Notes: generated by a model not told the origin, from the letters alone. A stretch of DNA of 64,000 bases from Alphaproteobacteria bacterium (GCA_965261735.1 OZ253470.1:960001-1024000), one strand, 5' to 3'. Shown: positions 9,999-23,861, numbered from the stretch's first letter. Numbers and translations are program-made.

Positions 9999-12313
9999 AT
10001 GTCAGAGCCCTACGACCTCTCCCAACCCGCGTTCGATCTGCCGCCGCGCGCCGCCGCGGCGGGTGCGCCCTATCTCGAGGTGCTCAACGAGGCGCAGCGC
10101 GAAGCCGTCGAGGCGACGGAGGGCCCGGTGCTGGTGCTCGCCGGCGCCGGCACCGGCAAGACGCGCGTGCTAACGACGCGGCTCGCCCATATCCTCAACC
10201 AGCGCCTCGCCTGGCCGGGGCAGATCCTCGCCGTGACCTTTACCACAAGGCGTCGCGCGAGATGGCCGAGCGCACGGCCGCGCTTATCGGCGAGGCCGTA
10301 GAAGGCCTGTGGATCGGCACCTTCCACGCCATGGCCGCGCGCATCCTCCGGCGTCACGCCGAGCTCGTGGGCCGCAAGAGCAACTTCACCATTCTCGATA
10401 CCGACGATCAGGTCCGTTTGCTCAAGCAGGTCCTGAGTGCCGCCAACATCGACGAGAAGCGGTGGCCGGCGCGCAGCCTTGCCGCCATCATCAGCGGCTG
10501 GAAGGACCAAGGGTTGACGCCCGACAAGGTCCCCGCGGCGGGCGCCGGCGAATTTGCCTCGGGACGGGCCGTCGCCCTCTATACCGCGTACCAAGAACGC
10601 CTGCGCGCGCTCAACGCGGCCGATTTCGGCGACCTCGTGCTGCTCTGCCTCGAGGTGTTCCTGCGCCACGAGGACGTGCTCGCCGACTACCACCGCCGCT
10701 TTCGCTACATCCTGGTCGACGAATACCAGGACACCAACGTCTCCCAGTACCTGTGGCTTCGGCTGCTGGCGCGCGGCCACCGCAACCTGTGCTGCGTCGG
10801 CGACGACGATCAATCGATCTACGGTTGGCGCGGCGCCGACGTCGGCAACATCCTGCGCTTCGAGGAGGACTTTCCGGGCGCTCGCGTGGTCCGCCTCGAG
10901 CGCAACTACCGCTCGACCCCACACATTCTCGGCTGCGCCGCCGCGCTCATCGCCAACAACAAGAGCCGCCTCGGCAAGACGCTGTGGACCGCGCTCGAGG
11001 AGGGCGAGAAGGTCCGGGTCCGCGGGGTGTGGGACAGCCAGGAGGAGGCGCGCCTCATCGCCGAGGACATCGAGGCCGGGTTGCACCACGGCCGCACCCT
11101 CGGCGAGACGGCGATCCTGGTGCGGACCTCGTCCCAGACCCGGGAGTTCGAGGAGCGCTTCATCCAGACCGGCCTCGCCTATCGCGTCGTCGGCGGCTTG
11201 CGCTTCTACGAGCGCCGCGAGATCCGCGACGCCCTGGCCTACCTCCGCGTCATCGCCCAGCCCGACGATGATCTCGGCTTCGAGCGCATCCTCAACGTCC
11301 CCAAGCGCGGCATCGGCGAGGCCACGGTACAGGCGCTGCACACGCTCGCGCGGGCCCGTGGTATCCCGCTCACCCGCGCCGCCGAAGCGCTGATCGAAAC
11401 CGACGAGCTGCGCGGTCCCGCGCGCCATAGCCTCGCCCGCCTGCTCGCCAACTTCGAGCGCTGGCGCGGGCTCGTCCAGCAACTCGATCATGCCGAGCTC
11501 GTCGAAACCGTGCTCGACGAATCCGGCTACACCGAGATGTGGCAGAACGACCGCTCGGCCGACGCACCGGGCCGGCTCGACAACCTCAAGGAGCTCGTGC
11601 GCGCCATCGAGGAGTTCGAAAACCTCACCGGCTTTCTCGAGCACGTGTCGCTGGTCATGGAGAACGACCAGGTCACGGACGGCGAGCAGGTCAGCCTCAT
11701 CACCCTGCACGGCGCCAAGGGGCTCGAGTTCGACACCGTGTTCCTGCCGGGCTGGGAGGAGGGGTTGTTTCCGCACCAACGCGCCCTCGACGAGGGCGGC
11801 TTCGCCGGGCTCGAGGAGGAACGCCGCCTCGCGCATGTCGGGCTCACGCGCGCACGCAAGCGCGTCATGATCACCTTCGCCGCGTCGCGCCGGCAGTTCG
11901 GCGAAATGAGCCACGGCAACCTGCCCTCGCGCTTCATCGACGAGCTTCCAGAAGCGCATGTCGAGCGCGTTGCCGAGGCCGGCCTGTACGAGCGACCGGG
12001 AGCGGCATGGGGCTGGGACGGATACGGCGCCGCGCGTGAGGGCGCCATGGCGGATCCCGTTCGCGACCGGCCCAATCTCGGGCGGCGCAACAGCCGCTAT
12101 CGCAACGTCACGTCGGGCGGCCTTATCATCGAGGGCCGTTCCGAGGCGGTGGAGCGGGGCTCGGGGGACGCGGCGTATGCGCCCGGCCAGCGCATCTTCC
12201 ATCAGAAGTTCGGTTACGGGCGCATTCGCGCGGCCGACGGCGAACGACTCGAGATCGACTTCGACAAGGCCGGCGTGAAGAAGGTCATCGCCGCGTTCGT
12301 CGAGCCGGCGTGA
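9999..12313 (+). CDS. uvrD: UvrD/PcrA superfamily 1 DNA helicase (apparent -1 frameshift near 10245)
   Basis: Walker [10 protein letters not shown] is in one frame; [29 protein letters not shown] and EEERRL are in the next. One A is missing in the TFTNKA codons (ACC ACA AGG instead of ACC AAC AAG). Confidence 0.9.
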
Positions 12314-13215
12314 GGGCCCCGGCGAAGGCACTGTGGCGCGTCGAGGTGGTGGTGCCCGAGCCGGCCGTTGCGCTCTTCGAGGCGGCGCTCGCTCGGGGCG
12401 CGCTGGCGCTTTCGGCGTTCTCGGTTGCCACCGAAAAGAGGGCCGAGGTAAGCCGCGCGCGAGTCCAGTCGCTGACGGCAGAGAAGCCGAATCGGGCGGA
12501 GATCGGGGCGCGGCTCGCGCTCGCCGCGGCGGCGGCCGGCGTGCCCATACCGCGGTGCGACATTTCCCCGCATGCCGAGGTGGCGCAGCTCGAAGGCGAG
12601 CCGCCGATCCGCATTGGCCGCTTCCGCATCGCGGGCTCCGTCCTTCGCGGCCGCCTCGCGCCGGCGGGTACGACACTGGTGCTCGACGCCGGCCCCGCCT
12701 TCGGCTCCGGCCGCCACGAGAGCACGCAGGGTGCGCTGCTGGCGATGGATGGTCTCGCCCGGCGGCGCCGCTTTCGCCGCGCCCTCGACCTCGGCACCGG
12801 GTCGGGGATCCTGGCTATGGCGATGGCGCGGATCTGGCGCACGCCGGTCGTCGCCGCCGATATCGACGCGAGGGCCGTGGCGGTGGCGCGCGACAATGCC
12901 CGGGCCAACGGGCTCGGCCCGTGGATCCGCTTCGTCGTGAGTACGGCTCGGGGGAACCCTGTGCTAGCGCGCCCGCGCGCCTACGACCTCATCGCCGCGA
13001 ATATCCTGGCTGCGCCGTTGATCGCGTTGGCGCCGGCGCTCGCGCGCACCCTAGGGCCCGCGGGCATCGTCGTACTATCGGGCTTTCTCGCCGGCGAGGA
13101 GCCGGCGGTGCGCGCCGCCTACCGCTGCCACGGCATGGTACTCGCGCACCGCATCACGCTCGGCGGCTGGCGCACACTCGTGTTGGCACGACCGGCCCCG
13201 CGGGGACGCGCTTAG
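12310..13215 (+). CDS. prmA: ribosomal protein L11 methyltransferase (divergent)
   Basis: AFGSGRHEST, LDLGTGSGILA and YDLIAANILA motifs. Confidence 0.8.
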   Translation: MRAPAKALWRVEVVVPEPAVALFEAALARGALALSAFSVATEKRAEVSRARVQSLTAEKPNRAEIGARLALAAAAAGVPIPRCDISPHAEVAQLEGEPPIRIGRFRIAGSVLRGRLAPAGTTLVLDAGPAFGSGRHESTQGALLAMDGLARRRRFRRALDLGTGSGILAMAMARIWRTPVVAADIDARAVAVARDNARANGLGPWIRFVVSTARGNPVLARPRAYDLIAANILAAPLIALAPALARTLGPAGIVVLSGFLAGEEPAVRAAYRCHGMVLAHRITLGGWRTLVLARPAPRGRA

Positions 13216-13559
13216 GCGGCTTCGCGGGGGCTCGGGGCGTGGGCCTCGTTGGCGGGCGCCGACGCGGTGCCCGGGCGATCCTGCACGACGCCATAGGCCG
13301 CACGGAAGAGGTCGCCTCGCGATAGGCCGAGATCGTTCAGCGACCGCCCGTCCAAATGCATGAGCTCGTAGTACACCGCGTCGGCCTTGAGCCGCCGCTG
13401 GATGCGCGAGGTGCCGGCGCGCACGGCGCGCGCGAGGCGGCGGACGAGGGCGCCGGCGTGGCCGGCGCTCGAGCCTTCCCGAATCGATAGGGAAAGGCCG
13501 CGATAGGCAAACTGCCGCCTGTGGGGACGGTCTGTTCTTGAAACTAAATCGGAAAGCAT
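13212..13559 (-). CDS. DUF1127 domain small protein
   Basis: ELMHLDGRSLNDLGLSRGDL is the DUF1127 signature; AGAGGAAG SD before ATG. Confidence 0.75.
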   Translation of the reverse strand: MLSDLVSRTDRPHRRQFAYRGLSLSIREGSSAGHAGALVRRLARAVRAGTSRIQRRLKADAVYYELMHLDGRSLNDLGLSRGDLFRAAYGVVQDRPGTASAPANEAHAPSPREAA

Positions 13560-13700
13560 GTCTTCCTCTGCGGTTAGAGTTTGATCTCTGTCGGAGATGT
13601 CACGAAGGCAACGGCACCATTCGCGCCGCGGCTTATTCGGGATGTGGGACCGCCACCCCTTGCGATCAATAGGTTAGGACGCGATTCGCGACGCAACTTT

Positions 13701-13727
13701 TGCATCCCTTCCATGCACTGCTCGCAT
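13701..13727. promoter_or_regulatory. putative LysR-type binding palindromes
   Basis: TGCAT-N7-ATGCA overlapping ATGC-N7-GCAT (T-N11-A) in the divergent intergenic region. Confidence 0.5.
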
Positions 13728-13806
13728 ATCGCTCGCGGGCCCAACGCGCGCGGCGGCTCGACAAAGACGTTGCCGCGCCGGCCGGCGGCGCTAGATACTT
13801 GCGTGA

Positions 13807-15855
13807 ATGACCAGCGCTCGCACCCCCGCCTATCGCGGCGATCGCAATCTAGCGCGGCTGCTGGCCGCCGCCGGCAGCGATCGCTCGGTTGCCGACATCC
13901 AGGCGCTGGCCGCCGGCATCGCAGCCGCACCCGCGCCCTCGCTGCCGCTGGCCAACGCCGACCGGGCTTGGCGCACGCTGCTCGCGCTTCCGCCCGCGCC
14001 CGAGATCGAGGACGAGATCGAGGCGCTGGTGCGCGGGCACGCGGCCCGCTTCGCGGCCGCGCCAGCAGCGTCCCACGGCGAACGGCTGGCCGCGCTGAGG
14101 GCCGAGCTCGCGCGGCGCGGGGTCGACGGCTTCCTCGTCCCCCACACCGACGAGCACCATAACGAGTTCCTGCCCAAGCGCGCCGAGCGCCTGACCTGGC
14201 TCACCGGCTTCACCGGCTCGGCCGGGCTCGCCGTGGTGCTGGCTGACGAGGCCGCGATCTTCGTCGACGGCCGCTATACCCTGCAGGTGCGCGACGAAGT
14301 CGATACCGGGCTGTTCACGCCGCGCCACGTGACGGACGAGCCGGCAAGCGACTGGATCGGCGAGCGACTCGCGGGTGGCCATCTCGGCTACGATCCGTGG
14401 CTCCACAGCGAGGACGAGGTCAAGCGTTTCGCCGGTGCCTGCGAGAAGGCGGGCGGGACGTTGGTGCCACTTGAGGACAACCCGCTCGATGCGGTGTGGG
14501 AAGATCAGCCGCCGCCGCCGCTCGCGCCCGTCGTGCCCCACGACATCGCCTTCGCCGGCCAATCCAGCGCCGACAAGCGCACCCGTCTCGCCGCCGAGCT
14601 CGCCAACCAGGGTATCGACGCGGCGCTCATCAGCGCGCCCGATTCGCTGGCCTGGCTGCTCAACATCCGCGGCCGCGACGTCCCGTGCACGCCGCTGCCG
14701 CTCGGCTTTGCGCTGCTCAACGCGGACGCCACGGTCGATCTCTTTATCGATGCACGCAAGTGCCCTCCCGACCTCGCCGCCCATCTCGGCAACCAGGTGC
14801 GCGCGCATCCGCCGGCGGCGCTGGCCGACGCCCTCGCGGAGCTCGGCGCCCGGCGCGCACGGGTGCGAGTCGACCCGGCCACGGCCGCGGCGTGGCTGTT
14901 CGACCGGTTGGACGAAGCCGGCGCCGTGATCGAGCGCGGCGCCGATCCGTGCGCGGCACCCAAGGCGCTCAAGAACGCGGTCGAACTCGACGGAACGAGG
15001 GCCGCGCACCGGCGCGACGGCGCGGCGCTCACGCGCTTTCTCGCCTGGCTCGCGCGTACCGCGCCGCAGGGCGGGCTCGACGAGCTCGCGGTCACCGCCA
15101 AGCTCGCGGCCTTCCGCGCCGAGAATGAGCGCATCCAGAGCCTGAGCTTCAACACCATCGCCGGCGCCGGCGCCAACGGCGCCATCGTCCACTACCGCGC
15201 GAGCGCGAGCACCAACCGCCGCCTCGAGCCGGGCGAGCTGTTCCTCCTCGATTCGGGGGCCCAGTATCTCGACGGCACCACCGACGTCACCCGCACCGTG
15301 GCCATCGGCACGCCCTCGCCCGAGATGCGCGACCGCTTCACGCGCGTGCTCCTCGGCCACATCGCGCTCGCAACCTGTCGCTTCCCCCGCGGTACGACGG
15401 GCTCGCAGCTCGACACCCTGGCGCGCACGCACCTGTGGCGCGCCGGCCTCGACTACGACCACGGCACGGGCCACGGCGTCGGCAGCTATCTCGGCGTCCA
15501 TGAGGGACCGCAGCGCATCTCCAAGCTACCCAACAAGGTCGCGCTCGAGCCCGGCATGATCGTCTCCAACGAGCCCGGGTTCTACAAGGCCGGCGCCTAC
15601 GGCATCCGCATCGAGAACCTGGTGGCGGTGGTCGAGGCGGGCGAGGTGGCAGGCGGCGAGAAGCCGCTGCTCGCCTTCGAGACGCTGACGCGGGCGCCGA
15701 TCGAGCGCAGCCTCATCGAGCCGGCGTTGATGAGCGAAGCCGACATCGCCTGGCTCGATGCCTACCACGCCCAGGTGCGTGGAGACCTGACCCCACTCGT
15801 GGACGCCGAGACGGCCGCCTGGCTCGAACGGGCGACGGCACCGCTCGCGGGCTAG
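13807..15855 (+). CDS. pepP: Xaa-Pro aminopeptidase (M24B) with about 90-aa N-terminal extension
   Basis: RLTWLTGFTGSAG, DSGAQYLDGTTDVTRT, HGTGHGVG, HEGPQ, SNEPG and GIRIEN motifs. Confidence 0.92.
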   Translation: MTSARTPAYRGDRNLARLLAAAGSDRSVADIQALAAGIAAAPAPSLPLANADRAWRTLLALPPAPEIEDEIEALVRGHAARFAAAPAASHGERLAALRAELARRGVDGFLVPHTDEHHNEFLPKRAERLTWLTGFTGSAGLAVVLADEAAIFVDGRYTLQVRDEVDTGLFTPRHVTDEPASDWIGERLAGGHLGYDPWLHSEDEVKRFAGACEKAGGTLVPLEDNPLDAVWEDQPPPPLAPVVPHDIAFAGQSSADKRTRLAAELANQGIDAALISAPDSLAWLLNIRGRDVPCTPLPLGFALLNADATVDLFIDARKCPPDLAAHLGNQVRAHPPAALADALAELGARRARVRVDPATAAAWLFDRLDEAGAVIERGADPCAAPKALKNAVELDGTRAAHRRDGAALTRFLAWLARTAPQGGLDELAVTAKLAAFRAENERIQSLSFNTIAGAGANGAIVHYRASASTNRRLEPGELFLLDSGAQYLDGTTDVTRTVAIGTPSPEMRDRFTRVLLGHIALATCRFPRGTTGSQLDTLARTHLWRAGLDYDHGTGHGVGSYLGVHEGPQRISKLPNKVALEPGMIVSNEPGFYKAGAYGIRIENLVAVVEAGEVAGGEKPLLAFETLTRAPIERSLIEPALMSEADIAWLDAYHAQVRGDLTPLVDAETAAWLERATAPLAG

Positions 15856-15863
15856 GGGGATCG

Positions 15864-16523
15864 ATGCCCCGGGCCAATCCCATCATGGTGCTAGCCGCCG
15901 GCCTCGGGCTCGCCACAGGCTACTTGTCGGCCCCGGTGGGCGCCGCCGAGCGCTACCCAGTGTGGTGGGCGCCGGAGATCGGCATCGAAAGCCTCGACGA
16001 GATCGACGCGCTGCTCGCGGAGCCGTTTCCCGAGGAGTTCCGGCACAGGCTCTACAAGTTCGACTACAGCCGCGGCAAGTGGGAGTCGCCCATCGTCGAC
16101 CGGCAGCCGATCGAGGACTGCCTCTCGTTATTTGAGTGGCTGAAGGCCGGCTATAGGTAGGGTGTCGAAAACCGGGGCGAACTCCGAGGCTATTACAGAG
16201 CGTATCCCTATTGCTATACCCTGCGCGCGATCCAGCGCGCGAGGCCGGCGGAGGCGACCTACGTGCGCGACTTCGCCATGGACGCGAACACCCTAGACTA
16301 CATGCTGGCGCTGCTCGGCCCGTGGGGGTACCGCCAGATCGGCTACCCGCTGTGGGCCAATCTGAATGGCGTGCCGTGGAGCCGACATGATTTCGGATAT
16401 CCGACGCTTCAATCCTGACGCCACGTTAAGATCGTGGAGAACCGCAACCGATTCCTCGTTCAAAGATGGATCGAGGAGGACACGCACTATTTGGATTACA
16501 TATTCGAGATCGTCGGCTGCGGC
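15864..16523 (+). pseudogene. decayed paralog of the exported protein at 16725
   Basis: ERYPVWWAPEIGIESLDEIDALL is near-identical to the 16725 protein. TAG at 16158 (TGG in the paralog) and TGA at 16416. Homology continues in frame to YIFEIVG, then is truncated. Confidence 0.85.
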
Positions 16524-16563
16524 TGCGGCGGCGCCAGCACGACAAACTGGGTGCGGCCCGCGC

Positions 16564-16700
16564 TCATAGTTGGATCGGGCCCGCATCGAGGGTGAGGGCG
16601 GGATTGGCTGCCCGACCCCACTGGATCACCGGCTTGAGTTCGACCCAGCCGGGCTCCTTTTCGGCCGCCTTGAGCAACCGGACGCGCACTTTCTGGTTGC
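16564..16700 (-). pseudogene. C-terminal remnant of a second lysozyme-like gene
   Basis: Translates NQKVRVRLLKAAEKEPGWVELKPVIQWGRAANPALTLDAGPIQL*, homologous to the last ~50 aa of 17647..18627. Confidence 0.85.
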
Positions 16701-16724
16701 ACTGTAGGCTGTTACCATCTGGCC

Positions 16725-17588
16725 ATGGAGCGCACTCGGCTCATCGCCGTCCTAGCCGGCGCGATTTGCGCAGTCGCTGGCTGCTTGTCCGCGCCGGCGG
16801 ATGCCGACGAGCGCTACCCGGTGTGGTGGGCGCCGGAAATCGGGATTGCGAGCCTCGACGAGATCGACACGCTGCTCGCGGGGCCGTTTCCCGAGGAGTT
16901 CCGCCACAAGCTCTACAAGTTTGATTATGCCCGGGGCAAGCGGGTGTCGCCCATCGTCGACCAGCAGCCGATCGAGAATTGCCTTTCGCTGTTCGAGTGG
17001 ATGTCGGCCGGCTACACCTGGGGCGTCGACGACCGGGACGAGCTGCTGGCCTATCGCCGGGCGTACCCGTACTGCTACACCCTGCGCGCGCTCAAGCGGG
17101 CGAAGCCCCCCACGGCGAGCTACGTGCGCGATTTCGTCATGGACCTGGACACGCTCGACTACATGCCGACGCTGCTCGGCTACTGGTGGTGCAGTCCCCG
17201 CTCGTACCCGCGGGTCGTACGGGCGAACCGCGGCGGCATTCCGTGGAACCGCTTCGATTTTAGGAGCGGCTCGGGGGGGTATGGGGTCGCTGTCGTGAAG
17301 GATAGCAATGTCTTCGTTCTACAAGCCTGGGGAGACGCCAACAGCCACAATTATGACGAAGTGTTCGCGATCATCGGCCGCGGCGATTTCAACAACGACG
17401 GTCTCGACGATCTCCTCCTCCGCATGACCTCGGTGCGATTATCCTCTGGCCGCAAGAGGTCCGAGCTTTTCCTGCTGTCGCGCAGTCGTGCGGAGGACGT
17501 GCTCCGCGTCGCCGAGGTGCTAAGCCCGCTCATCAGCGACCGCAACGGCTGCGTGCCGGAGCCATACGAATTGTGGCCGTACCAGTAA
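16725..17588 (+). CDS. exported hypothetical protein with DxNxDG (FG-GAP-like) motif; candidate immunity protein
   Basis: Signal peptide (VAGC lipobox-like, or ADA cleavage); GRGDFNNDGLDDLLL; several Cys; intact 287 aa ORF. Confidence 0.8.
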   Translation: MERTRLIAVLAGAICAVAGCLSAPADADERYPVWWAPEIGIASLDEIDTLLAGPFPEEFRHKLYKFDYARGKRVSPIVDQQPIENCLSLFEWMSAGYTWGVDDRDELLAYRRAYPYCYTLRALKRAKPPTASYVRDFVMDLDTLDYMPTLLGYWWCSPRSYPRVVRANRGGIPWNRFDFRSGSGGYGVAVVKDSNVFVLQAWGDANSHNYDEVFAIIGRGDFNNDGLDDLLLRMTSVRLSSGRKRSELFLLSRSRAEDVLRVAEVLSPLISDRNGCVPEPYELWPYQ

Positions 17589-17646
17589 GGAACAAAACGG
17601 GGGGTGAGTCCGGCCGCTAGGGTCGGCGACTTCAACATCGCACACG

Positions 17647-18627
17647 TCACAGCCGGATCGGGCCCGCATCGACGGTAAGGGCGGGGTTCGCGCCCCTGCC
17701 CCAGACGATCACCGGTTTGAGTTGCGTGTGCTCCTTGCCTTCGACCCAGCAGGGCTCCTTCTCGGCCGCCTTGAGCAACCATTCGCGTATCTGGGCATTC
17801 CTTTCGGGCTGGACGTCTGTCCCCCGACTGGACAGCTCCGCCGCCCGTTTCCAATTCCTCGCTTTGATTGCCGCGCTGAAAGTACCCTTCTTGTAGTCCG
17901 CTGTTCCTCTAGCGCCTTTGTTGTACGCCATGTCGAGGACCGCGAGCTTGGCCTCAAAGGTGTAGGTGTCGAAGGCGCCGAATTCGTCCTCCGCCCTGGT
18001 TTCCTTTAGCTTCGTCTCGATGTCGTTGATGGCCAGCTTCTCGGCCTCTTCCTTCCGGATCTCGGTCTTGGTGAGGTCGGCGTCACTTCGCTGGTCGACA
18101 TCTTTTTTCCCCTCCGCTGTTACCACCTCGAAATCCTTACGTATCTGCTCGTCCGAGGCGGGCTCGCCGATTTTCTTGAGCATGAAGTATTTGCGCAGGC
18201 GCAGCGCCTCCTCGACATCGGGGAGCCAGTGGCCGAAGCCGACTGTCATGTTGCCTTTCTTGTCCTTGTGTATGTAGCCGATGTAAGTCGCCGGGAAGTT
18301 TTCCACTCCAGCGAGGTGCTCGTAGAGAAAGGTCTTCGGGTCGACGTATGGGCTTGGGGCGGAAGCCCGTCCCCTTTCGATGGGCTTGCGGTTGGGATGG
18401 TCCATGGCGCGGCCGGTGGCGCGATCGATCAAGACTTCCTTGCCGCCTTCCGGCGCCACCGCCCAGCAGCCCGTCCCCTTTCGAATGAGCTCCTCGGCGT
18501 ACGCCTCCTGCGAAATGTTGAGTGCCGCGAGCAGCGCGGCCTGCTCGACGCGCCGGAAGAATTGGCGCGCCCAGACGGGCCCGCCGAGCTTCGCCGCCGC
18601 GCGCTCGAGGCTCAGGCGGGCGGGCAA
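17647..18627 (-). CDS. GH24/T4-lysozyme-like muramidase domain protein (start uncertain)
   Basis: E...YIHKDKKGNMTVGFGH (E/D-x5-T catalytic pattern), AVLDMAYNKG, FSAAIKARNWKRAAELS and ERNAQIREW; no signal peptide. Confidence 0.75.
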   Translation of the reverse strand: MPARLSLERAAAKLGGPVWARQFFRRVEQAALLAALNISQEAYAEELIRKGTGCWAVAPEGGKEVLIDRATGRAMDHPNRKPIERGRASAPSPYVDPKTFLYEHLAGVENFPATYIGYIHKDKKGNMTVGFGHWLPDVEEALRLRKYFMLKKIGEPASDEQIRKDFEVVTAEGKKDVDQRSDADLTKTEIRKEEAEKLAINDIETKLKETRAEDEFGAFDTYTFEAKLAVLDMAYNKGARGTADYKKGTFSAAIKARNWKRAAELSSRGTDVQPERNAQIREWLLKAAEKEPCWVEGKEHTQLKPVIVWGRGANPALTVDAGPIRL

Positions 18628-18667
18628 TCGGGATCAGCGCCAGCCGCTCTTGGGCCGAAGCCCGGCC

Positions 18668-22946
<4,279 letters not shown>

Positions 22947-23019
22947 CAGCGCGATACCGCGGCTGGTGAAGGCACCGAATCGTTCTGCCCGGTACGAGCC
23001 GAACCGGCGCTCATCCCCG

Positions 23020-23847
23020 CTAGAACACCGACTTCCAGACGCGCGTGATCCATGAGCCCTGGTTGGCCACGAGGTCGAGATCCTGCCCCTTGACCAGCGC
23101 GTAGGACGAGCGGTACCAGTCGCTCCCGGGGAAGTTGTAGCCGAGCACGGCGGCGGCGGTTTGTGCCTCTTCGGTGATCCCGAGCGCGAGATAGGCCTCG
23201 GTCAGGCGATGCAGCGCCTCGGCTACGTGGTTGGTTCTCGCGTACTCCTCGACCACCGTGCGGAAACGGTTGATCGCCGCGACGTATTGGCCGCGTACCA
23301 GATAGTAGCGGCCGATCGCCATCTCCTTGCCGGCTAGGTGGTCGCGCGCGAGGTCGATCTTGAGCTGGGCGTCGCGAGCGTACTCGGTATCGGGAAAGCG
23401 CCGGACGAGAGCGCTCAGGCTGGCGAGCGCGAGTTCGGTTGTCTTTTGGTCGCGGCCGACGTCGGCGATCTGTTCGTAGTAGCTCACGGCGACGAGGTAG
23501 TACGCGTAGGGCGCGTCCTGGTGGCCCGGATGGAGCTTGAGGAAACGCTGGGCCGCGAGGACGGCGTCGTCGTACTTGTTGTCTTGATAGTACGCGAACG
23601 CGGCCATGAACTGGGCCCGCGTCGCCCACGTCGAGTAGGGATGCTGGCGCTCGACCTCGTCGAAATTCTGGGCCGCCGTCACGTAGTTGCCGGCGAACAG
23701 GTCGTCCATCGCGACGTTGTAGAGTTCCTCGACCGAGCGCTCGACATACTCGGGCTCGGTCGAGCCACAGGCTGCCAGGAGGAGCGCCGCAAGCGCGGCC
23801 CCAACGATCGCCACTGCGCGCCGCCCTGGCATTGTCGTCGTATCCAT
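23020..23847 (-). CDS. bamD: outer membrane protein assembly factor BamD
   Basis: Lipobox LAAC; EVERQHPYS, HLAGKEMAIGRYY and AAINRF; usual position between lpxC and recN. Confidence 0.95.
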   Translation of the reverse strand: MDTTTMPGRRAVAIVGAALAALLLAACGSTEPEYVERSVEELYNVAMDDLFAGNYVTAAQNFDEVERQHPYSTWATRAQFMAAFAYYQDNKYDDAVLAAQRFLKLHPGHQDAPYAYYLVAVSYYEQIADVGRDQKTTELALASLSALVRRFPDTEYARDAQLKIDLARDHLAGKEMAIGRYYLVRGQYVAAINRFRTVVEEYARTNHVAEALHRLTEAYLALGITEEAQTAAAVLGYNFPGSDWYRSSYALVKGQDLDLVANQGSWITRVWKSVF

Positions 23848-23861
23848 CGCTCAAGCCGGCG

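Noticed and set aside
10070-12676. Long antisense ORFs (868 aa here, similar ones opposite ClC, pepP, ligA, ftsZ, murC and murF)
   Set aside because: Shadow ORFs from high-GC3 codon usage; no recognisable motifs.
17647-18627. Prophage remnant interpretation of the lysozyme-like gene
   Set aside because: No holin, spanin, structural gene, integrase or att-like repeat nearby; the pairing and co-duplication with an exported protein fit better.
22982-23004. LexA box upstream of recN
   Set aside because: GTTC and GTAC half-sites are spaced by 6 nt, not 7.
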